Assembly: GCA_001643675.2 (NCBI GenBank)
Contig: LSRY02000016.1
Location: 186,001-250,000 of the forward strand
Origin: Monocercomonoides exilis PA203
Taxonomy: Eukaryota > Protista > Preaxostyla
Length of the DNA: 64,000 bases
Direction: 5' to 3'
Shown here: positions 51,781 through 61,235 of the stretch, piece after piece
How the letters are laid out: every line of letters begins with the position of its first letter
Position numbering within the stretch: position 1 is the first letter of the stretch
Program-made: the position numbers and the translations under genes
Notes under the pieces: generated by a model
What the model was told of the DNA's origin: nothing
Seen by the model: only the letters and a program-made list of their open reading frames with translations
Database searches by the model: none

Positions 51781-52710
51781 GTTTTTGGTTTCTGTGCTTT
51801 GTTGGATTTTTTAAAAATCACTGTTGATATCGTTTGTTTGACACTTGTATTAATTTCGTTTTATTTAAAACGTTTTGTGTTTTATTTAATTATTAAACGA
51901 ATTTTAAATGGATTTCTTGATTTATACATTGTTGTGATGAAATGTTTTTATAATGTTTTTTATTTTTGAGTTTACAGACATTTTTCTTTGAGGAAGTTCT
52001 TTTTGCAGGTTCGTTGCATTTGTAAAATTGTTTTAGATGTTTTCATAACAATTCTCGGAGTAATATTTGAGCTAAGTTGATTTTTTTGGCTTGTATTTTT
52101 TTATTTTTCATTTTTTTCTGATGAATTTACTTTAAATCAGGAGGTTGTTATCAACAAAAAATAAAAGCTTTAATAAAAGATGAGAAATTTATTCAAAATG
52201 GAAATTAAGTTAACTTCATTATTTGCCATATTAAACCAATTTAAGAAACTAATTCAATTTTATGAAAAAAAAAGTTATTATCATCAAAAAATAGCTCTCT
52301 CATAAGTAAACACTGAATTACACAACATTATGAAATGCAAACTATCACTTGTTACATTTCTACTCAAACAATATCAAATACAACAAAAACAAATAAGCTT
52401 GGCAATGAAAAAAAAATTCCTTTGAACTTTTCTCTTTCTCAAGTGAATGCTTCAAGTGAATGAAAATATGTATGACTCATTTGCACATATTTTCATTATT
52501 TCTTGATTGTTTTAAAGAAATTTAGATTTCAAATCAAACGTTCATTGAGCTTTTCAGTTTCCACAAATAATTAATGGAGAACACAAAAAAACTGTTTCAT
52601 CAAACACAAATGGAAGCATAGAAGTTCTTTTTTAAAAAATATTTAAGCTCAAGATAACAGTTTGCTGTAATTAAGAAACTTGTTGCAACGAACAATGAAT
52701 TTCATTCAAT

Positions 52711-54399
52711 TTACGAAAATGATGAAGGAGATGTGGAAGAAGACGACGACGATGAAGAAGAAGATGCAGATTCCGTTTCCTGCTGTTTCTTGATATCTTT
52801 TTTGTGTACTCCAATTGCTACCATGTGATATCTGGACGATGCAACAAATTGAACAGCCACATCTTCTCTCAACAGTGTTTCCACACCCGTTGGAATGCTC
52901 TGATAAAACTTCAGCCGATTTTTTCTGCCTCCTCTCATAAAGCCATCCAGCCCTAATCTTCCATCAGAGCCACATCCGAATGTATACAATGTCCCCAGAT
53001 CAGACAGACAGAAAGAGTGGATATGTGCCCCACCTGCTTGGATAATGTGCTCTCCATGAAACACATCTGGATAAAGACTGGAATTACTTTTTCCTCTTTT
53101 CTCTTCTTTTTCGTCTTCCTTCTTTTCTTCGCGTTCGCAATCCTTATTTTGATGAAATGATATTTCATCACATTCTTCCTCAACTTTTCTTGATTTTCCT
53201 TTCGTTTCTTCCTTTTTAAGTAGACCAGCAAATCTTGGCCCTTTTCCTGCTTTCTTATTCTTCACTTCCAAATCACGAGCCAAATGTCCCAGTTTTACTG
53301 GCCTCAGCTCATCGCATCCTTTTGGATTCATCACTTTTTCTCTGCAATTCCCCAGCTTTCCTTTGTGAGCAGTGCCCCAGGCAAAGACCTCTCCACATGC
53401 ATTTACTGCAAACGATGTAGGACCTTCGCTTCCTTCAGGCACTTTCACAAGCTTTAATGAATCAGATGGTGAAGGTGCAGAAGATGACGAAGGCAATGCT
53501 CTTGAAGATGTTTCTTTAACGGGTTGCTCTTTTAAATTTGGCTGTCCCACAAGCGCAGATACTTTGATAATTGGAGAAGAAGAAGACAAAGAAATTTCAG
53601 TTGGGATACGCTGCTCCAGCACTCGCATCCCAATTCCCAGATTCCCATGCCCTCCATAGCCAAATCCGTACACTTTCCCCTCCAAAGAAATTGCAAGTCC
53701 ATAAAGACTTCCGAGCGATATGAAACGAGATCTTGGTATTGAGGTTATTACAAATTCTGCAGTCTCAGAAACAGATCCAAGTCCTAATCTTCCATAAGTG
53801 TTCAATCCACTGGCAAAAACACGTCCATCTGTCAAAAGTACCATTGTTCCATATAAACTTACACACGCTTGCTCAACTTTCGCAGGCAACAAAGCGGCAA
53901 ATGGAACCGTAACCATATGAGCAGCAGCATTTCCATCACCAATGCATCCATGGTGACCATTTCCCCAAAAGAGGAGTGTTTTTTCAGCGGTCACAGCGCA
54001 TGCATGTCCCTCACTTAAATGACACGATTTTATACGAACATGAGGACCAAATCTAATCTTTTGAGGCACAGAAAGAAGTGCTTCATTTGGATGAAACAAA
54101 ATTCTGCTTTGTGAATTTTTACCCCACATATATAAATCTCCATTCACAGAAACAGCACAAGAAACATTTATGCTGGCAGAAACATGCACAATTGCCGTAA
54201 GTCCAGGAACTTGCTCCGGAAAGCAAACATCACCTTCAGCATCAGTTTTTGCTCCCAGAATTCCTCCTTTTCCTTCTCCCCATATCCACACATTGCCAGG
54301 TTGAACATATGATCCTTCTTCATAAACAGTATTTATTGGCTGAGGAGGGAGAAGCGACAAGTTGGAAGAAAGAACAATATTTTCCTCAGAAAAAATCAT
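52711..54399 (-). CDS. RCC1/BLIP-II beta-propeller repeat protein, 562 aa
   Basis: RCC1 signatures 'VWIWGEGKGGILG', 'GDLYMWGKN', 'FWGNGHHGCIG', 'GRVFASGLNTYGRLGLG', 'GKVYGFGYGGHGNLGIG', 'GEVFAWGTAHKGKLG' and 'GTLYTFGCGSDGRLG' (seven blades). Orthology not assignable. Confidence 0.88.
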   Translation of the reverse strand: MIFSEENIVLSSNLSLLPPQPINTVYEEGSYVQPGNVWIWGEGKGGILGAKTDAEGDVCFPEQVPGLTAIVHVSASINVSCAVSVNGDLYMWGKNSQSRILFHPNEALLSVPQKIRFGPHVRIKSCHLSEGHACAVTAEKTLLFWGNGHHGCIGDGNAAAHMVTVPFAALLPAKVEQACVSLYGTMVLLTDGRVFASGLNTYGRLGLGSVSETAEFVITSIPRSRFISLGSLYGLAISLEGKVYGFGYGGHGNLGIGMRVLEQRIPTEISLSSSSPIIKVSALVGQPNLKEQPVKETSSRALPSSSSAPSPSDSLKLVKVPEGSEGPTSFAVNACGEVFAWGTAHKGKLGNCREKVMNPKGCDELRPVKLGHLARDLEVKNKKAGKGPRFAGLLKKEETKGKSRKVEEECDEISFHQNKDCEREEKKEDEKEEKRGKSNSSLYPDVFHGEHIIQAGGAHIHSFCLSDLGTLYTFGCGSDGRLGLDGFMRGGRKNRLKFYQSIPTGVETLLREDVAVQFVASSRYHMVAIGVHKKDIKKQQETESASSSSSSSSSSTSPSSFS

Positions 54400-54569
54400 T
54401 ATGGAAACAAATTTTTGACTTTGTCCAAAATAAAATAAAATTTTTTATGATGTGGTTGTCATTATTATCAACAAAATAAGATCGTTTGACAGAAATAGAA
54501 ACGAAATGAAAGAAAAAAAGAAGTATTTTGCAGTGAAAGTCATGAGTTGATAATTCAACAATATTTCAG

Positions 54570-55413
54570 TTAATAAAGTGATGTCTAGTGAAGTTGAATA
54601 TAAATTATAAACAAAAAACAAATAATGCAACACACTTTTTTCATAATTCGAAGGAAATCTTCTTCATTGATTTCACCATCTCCATCTCTATCGGCTTCGT
54701 CAATCATTTCTTGAAGCTCTTCATCTGTCATATTTTCTCCGAGTTCTTTTGCAACACGCTTCAGATTTTTAAACGAAATTTTACCTGTGTTGTCATCGTC
54801 AAACAATCTGAAAGCCTTTAAAATCTCTTCTCTTGGATCTCTTTCGGCCTTAACAAATATTTTCAGATTAAAGAAAATAAATAAGTAATCACGAAATGCT
54901 TTCACACCATTTTAATAGTCATCATTTCCAAAAAGGAGTTAAAATCTATAGTTCCGGTTCCATCTTTATCGATCTCAGCGATCATTCTTTTGACTTCGTC
55001 TTTTTTTGGTTCAAAGCCCAATGCACGCATTGCAACCTTTAATTCTTTTGCATCAATTGTTCCTTTTAAATAAAAGTGTATAAAAGTTCATGTTGGTAAT
55101 TTGAATTTTTAAAATGTTTGTAATTTCGCAAATTTCAAGTTAAAACAAAAGGAAAATAAAATTCTAGAAAAAAAGACAAATAAAAATTAGCATTTCAACA
55201 AACCAGATCCATCAGTGTCAAACAAATCAAATGCCTCACGAATTTCTTGTCTTTGTTCCTCAGTTAATTCTGGACGGGCACGGGCTCTTCCTTTTGGTGC
55301 AATTCCAGTTTTCTGAACAAAAATTTCATCAAAAAACAGAATATTGTCAAAACAACAAATTTGAACAAAAAATTCTCTCAAAAAATATGCGTTGAATCTC
55401 AAACTGTTGACAT
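54570..55413 (-). CDS. CETN: Centrin (caltractin), 166 aa, 5 exons
   Basis: Exons 55413-55405 (MST), 55312-55204, 55062-54908, 54848-54636 and 54584-54570 (TSLY*) join in phase (501 nt). Motifs: '[42 protein letters not shown]', '[38 protein letters not shown]' and C-terminal KKTSLY. Confidence 0.96.
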
Positions 55414-55723
55414 TTCACAATAAGTGGTTTTGAAACTCTTGATCTACCCTTAAGTACTAATTGTTTGCCATAATAACTATAAAAAATTTTTATTTTAACT
55501 GCTGCTTCTAGGAATAACAAACAAATATTTTTATTCATTTTGCTGAAATTTTTATTTTGCATGTTTGAAAAACAAAAATTTTTATGAAATATTTGTTTGT
55601 CAATAGATAAAAATTTACCAATAAAACAAATTATAAATAATTATCAAGAATGAGAGATAATGTCAAACGCCTTTTCAAAATGAAGTGTTTGAAATGAACT
55701 TGAACATTTAATTCAATGGGCAC

Positions 55724-56464
55724 TCATTGAGAATGTTGCTTTGCTGAGTTATTTCTTTTTGATGCTGCTCGAGTTTGAGAAATCTTTTTTCGATCAACAT
55801 TTTCGCTTTTGCTCGAAAATTTAGATGAATTTTTTGTTGGAACATTTTCTCTTTTTGACAATGTCCATTGAATAAGCACGAATAATCCAAGCAAAGGAAT
55901 CTAAGAAAATATATCATTTCAAAGTTTAATTAATGCAAATATCGAAAAAAAGACGCTTTGATTCAAACTGGAGCAAATCCCCACCACGCTTTTGTTGTGA
56001 ATGATCCAGCTATTTGCATTGCAATGAAATAATAAAAAACATAATACAAGTATCTGTAAAGAAAAGCCAAATAAAACATAAATGAATATGAAAAATGAAA
56101 TTAAAAACCTGGCAAATGGGATATTATTAACAATATCTTCTTGATTTTTCACGCAATGAGCAAAATACAAGCAAATCAGGCTTGTTGAAATTATGCACAG
56201 CAAATACCAAAACCAATCTCCAAAAAATGATATCGAATCATAGCGCGCGTCCAATAACATGACCCTTGGGATTAAAGTGAACAACTGTTCCATGAAAAAT
56301 AAAAGAATAATGCTCTCAGCTTTATTAAACAATGATGAATAAAGATATACTCCTGTCAGCAAAAACACTACAATAAGAATCAAGACTCGAGTCACTGCCT
56401 CTTTGTCATATTCAACTCCTTCTCCTTTTCGCGTAACCAAAGGCGAATTTAATGGACGAATCAT
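55724..56464 (-). CDS. Small multi-pass membrane protein, TMEM208/SND2 (DUF788)-like, ~183 aa, probably 4 exons
   Basis: Exons 56464-56351, 56284-56109, 56053-55969 and 55900-55724 join in phase (552 nt; the first intron is in-frame and stop-free, so it is uncertain). The spliced product has 'EDIVNNIPFARYLYYVFYYFIAMQIAGSFTTKAWWGFAPIPLLGLFVLIQW' followed by a basic tail, recalling TMEM208 in size and layout. Family call by eye only. Confidence 0.55.
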
Positions 56465-59400
56465 TTGATATGGGTGGGGCAAAATTTTATAATTGCAATA
56501 TCAGTCAACTGGCCAATCCACTGATAAAAGTTATTGAAACAACTCAACGTGGAAGGGTAGTAGTTTCAACTCAACAGTTGAAACCAGGGGATATTCTGCT
56601 ACAAGAATCTAGCATTGCTCATGTTCTTTATGTGGAATCCAGGCGGTCATTTTGTTCATTTTGCACAAATCACATATCAAGTTGCTGTTAGCCATCATTT
56701 ATGCACGCTTTAACAAAATTATGCAACTTATTTTTTAAACTTATAATTATTTTTTGCAGGTTGCGTTGAGTGCCCTAAATGCCACAAAATTTGGTATTGC
56801 TCGGAGGACTGCAGACAAAAAGATGAGCAAATGCATTTCTTTGAGTGCAGAGCTTTCTTATCAAATGAAAGTGATTTTTTGTCTGATTCTGACAATCTGC
56901 ATTTATTAAGATTCCTATCAATATTTTATTTTGATCAATGCTTAGAGAAGAAGAAAGATCACGTCTTATATCCAGAGATGAAACCATTTCATAATTTGTC
57001 ATTTATCCAGAGAATATTTGATCTTGTTGGACATAAAGGTTCAAGTGCATCATTCATTTCTCAACACGGCGAATCAACAATGTCGGTTCTTGCTTACGCT
57101 TCAACAGATGAAAAACTTAAAATGTTGAAAAACATTGTTAAATATGGCATTCACAAAGATTTATGCCCAATTTGCGGAGAAATTAAAGGAAATAAACGAG
57201 AAAGTTCACAACATTTTTGCTTGAATGAACCTCAGAAATGGAGGACAACTGTTTCTTCCACGCAGGATACAGAACTGGAATTAAAAGAATTATACGAGAA
57301 TTGGCTGGAAGACGAAGATGACAAAGACGAAGATGACGAAGAAGAAGAGGAAGAAGAAGGTTATGATTGTGAAAACAATAAAAGCAATGAAAAAGGAGAT
57401 GAATTGACAAATAAGGAAAATATATCTCTAAATGAAACACCAAAAAACATTCAACGGCCGTCTTCAATTCAATTGCCACCCTGTGTCCAATCAGACATCT
57501 CTTCATTTACATATCCGGACTCTTTCATCTCCTTTGTCCTACTCCAAGCGCTTATAAAAGTTCGATCCATTTGCAATTGCAATGCGCATTCAATCCTTCG
57601 CGAGACAGGATTTGGACTTTTTCATGTTGCATCACTATTCAATCATTCTTGTTCGCCAAATGCTGCCTTTTCTCACGACTCAAAGGGAACTCTGCGCATC
57701 ATCTGTTTGAAAGACATACTCAAAGGAGAGGAGGTCTGCATTGACTACTCAGAGACAAGAATTAGCAGGGAAAGACGGAGGAAGGAATTACGGGAAAACT
57801 ATGGGTTTGTTTGTGGATGTGAACGATGCACCAAAAGCAGCGCCATTGAGAAAGGCGGAGGAAGAAGATGCAGAGATGATGGACTGCTTTTAAGACGTGT
57901 TTGGGGAATGGAAGAGCAAAAAATATTGAGAGATACGTATGAAAAGAGAAAAATAGAAAAAAATAGCAAAAGCGAAAATGAGAGCGACAAACTTAAGCAA
58001 GAAGACGATTATGATGTATTTGCTTTGGATGCTGCAGAAACAATAAATAATGCAAAGTTGAGTCAGATTTCACAGATCGTGAACAGTTTATCTTCATGTA
58101 TTCTTAATTCGATGCCAGATGGTACTGAAATTGAAGAAATCAGCAGCGATTGTGTTAAGAATTATGCAAAATTGAAAGAGAAAGGGAAAAATAGTGACAT
58201 AGATTCAATTTTTGGAAAGTTGGATGAAAAAGGAACATTTTTTGGCTCTTGGGGATATCTTCTTCCTGAAACAAAAGAAGATATTGAAAATGAATATTGG
58301 ATTAGAGGTGAATTCAGCAAAGATTCCATTTTGAAAAAAGAGCAAGCAAATTGTTCAATTGAATGCGATAAGCAACAGAGGATGCTGATGGCTGATTGTG
58401 CAATATCTCCCGATACATCATTTCCATTTTCAAGTATCTCTCAAAGCTTCAATCAAGATTTTGAACAAGCAAAGTCGAACGAAGAAGATTGCATGTATCA
58501 GTTTCCACACCAAAAAGAAGAATCTTCAACTGCCTTTAAAATTGGTAATAGAACATCTGATCTATCTGGTTGTGATAACTGTTCATCTGTCTTAATGAGG
58601 CGTTTATTTTGCCTCCTCGCTTCACCTTGTTGTTGGGACGATGTTCTTTGTGCAATAATCTGCCCAAGTTGTGGATCAACTATGAGAGAAATAAACTGCG
58701 AAGATGTGATGGAGGAAAACAAAAAACGAAAGGAAAAAATGGAAAAAGGAGAAAAAACGACGGATCAAGAAGGAGAAAGTACCGAAACAACATATTTGTA
58801 TTTGGATCAAATATTGAATAAATTGAACGAATTGATTGTAGACACAGAAATTTCCGACACTGATTGTGAGAGTCTGCAATTCAAGAACTCACAAAGAGAA
58901 TTAAAGCAATTGTTGAGCTTCGTTATTTCGAAGGGAAACGAGATTCTGAAAGAATCCACTGGAAATGAACAAAAACTTTTGCAAACAAAAGAAGGGTGGT
59001 TTGATTGGACTGATTTCCCTCGATTGCTCTTATGCCGCAGTCATCCTTTGAGTCATGGATCAATTGTTGGCAAAAGCTATCTACAGCTGAGCGAACTGAT
59101 CGAAAAGGCAATGGATGCAGCTATTGACAAGGAGATGGAGGCCAATTACGGGAAAGCCTGGATGCCAATAACGGAGCTTATTGGAGGGTTGGAGATGATG
59201 GATAGCCTTTTAAATGTATTTGGCAAACTGCTTCATCCTCAACACGAACTGATGATGCAGTGCTTGTGGTCTGCATTTGCTTTTGTACAGCATCTTTTCA
59301 CCTCTCACCATATTTGGGATATTGTTAATGAAGGATGGGAAGATGATGAACTTGTTGAAGAGAAAAAAGCTGAGCCCACAATTTGTCAAAAAGAAGCTGG

Positions 59401-60193
59401 TGAAAAACCAGAAATTAATGTAAATTCTACATCGAAACAAGAACAAGCAAACAAATCATCTTCTTCAATTACAACCGAACAGTCACATCGGCCATCTCGA
59501 ATCAAGACCGAAGCCATGCTCTACCTACCATCAATTACTTGTGCAGCTCCAGTTTCTTTTACGCCGGAATCTCTTTTAACTCTTTTAGAACATCCTCTTC
59601 TCTCATCCAATGTGCTCTGTGCATTGGCTTCTTCTGTTGCTTCCCTGCTTTTGCTTCATCATCCACCGTACTACCCAAAGCGTGTGCTTGATCTCAAAAT
59701 CTGTGGTTTAATTCTCCTTCTGGCTGAAAGCAGTGAAAATAGAAAAGAAAGTGAGGAAAAAGAAATCTCTCAACATGAAACAGATAAATGCCAATTTCAT
59801 TCTAGTCAGCCAGAGTCATCGCTTCGCATTTTTGAAGATGAAGTAATTTTCCCACAAGACGGAAAGCGCTTGTTGAAGTTGGCAGAGAAGGAAGGAGTGC
59901 AATGCTTCGGTGCAGAACATTGGGAAGTGAAAGAGATACAGCTTTGGCTGGACGATGAATGGAGGGAAAAACACTGCTGGACATATCAGAAAAGAGAGAA
60001 GCTAAAGAGGTGGGTATGCAACGTTATTGAAAAGAAGGGTAGAAATGCAGATGAATTAGAAAAGAAAAAATCGTATTCGGTAAGCGATGGAGACCTTGCT
60101 GGAAGAGGAATTGTCAAATATTACAAAAAGCTGGAATTTGTAATAAAGCAGCACATCCAAATGATAAAAAGGCTACAGCAAAATGCATCATGA
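56452..60193 (+). CDS. SMYD-family SET and MYND domain lysine methyltransferase (~1220 aa), 2 exons
   Basis: S-sequence 'RGRVVVSTQQLKPGDILLQE'. The MYND finger is restored by a phase-1 intron (56681 or 56687 to 56759): CSFC..CPKC..WYCSEDCRQKDEQMHFFEC. SET core 'GLFHVASLFNHSCSPNA..GEEVCIDY', post-SET 'YGFVCGCERC'. Confidence 0.9.
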
Positions 60194-61235
60194 CATTATT
60201 TTCTTTTATTGTTATTAATTGAAGTTGAACTCTAATTGAGAAGTTCTTCCTTTCAAATTTTTATTAATTATCATTTGATTATGTTGAAATATCTAAATAT
60301 GGATTTTTTGCAATTTTTGCGAATGAAATTCCGATTTTGAAAGTCTATCCCTTGTAATTATTTTTAAGAAAGCTTTTTTTTTAATGAAAAAGAATAAAGA
60401 GTTTATGCCTCAAAAATAAAACTGCATATGGAAAATGGTGGAGCTTGTTATCTTCCTCAGGAAAAAAATTACAAAACAAATCTCATGCAACTTAATAACA
60501 TTGAAAAGATCGCTCTTAAAAATTGGCAGGGAAAAAACAAAGCAGAAAAGTTCAATATTCGCTGCCAATATGCAAGGTTAAATAAAGTGACGGAAGAAAA
60601 CTAAGCATCTTAAAATATAGAGAAAAAAATTTTAATTGCTAACCTCAACAGAAAATATGATATTGAATCCTCGTTGAATCTGAATGAAAGAAAGAAAAAA
60701 CAAAAAGAAAAAAGAAACAAGGTAGCAATTATTCTCAAACTGAATTTCTTCACTAAAAAACTTCTATACATACTGTTTTCATTAATAGAGAAACTTACTC
60801 AAAAGAAATTAAACGCACATACAATCAGACTGTTGCTTAACAAATATCATAATTGAAATTCGAAAACAAAGGAATAAAATTTCGCAGCAGTTTTTAAAAA
60901 AATATGTATTAAACAGTAAATTTCGAAACCAACCTTTGAATTCTTCATTAACAAAAAACATTAATAAAAAAATCTTCCATTAAATAAATTGAAACATAAC
61001 AAAATCAAAGGAGTCTGAAATTAATACAACAAGATGAGTGTTATTTTCACTTTGAAAATATTAAAGAAAAACCAATGGAAATCATACTTCACAAAAAACG
61101 CTTAAATGTAAAGGCAACTCAACAACAATCACATAAAAAAATAAATTGAAAACAAAATACGTTTTATTATTCAGAAAATAAAGAAATTTAGTTAAATTCA
61201 TACAAAATATTTGAGAACATAATTCCTCAAAATAT

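Noticed and set aside
2-55413. Dynein, centrin and RCC1-like genes as a flagellar gene cluster
   Set aside because: They are separated by unrelated genes on mixed strands, with no evidence of functional clustering.
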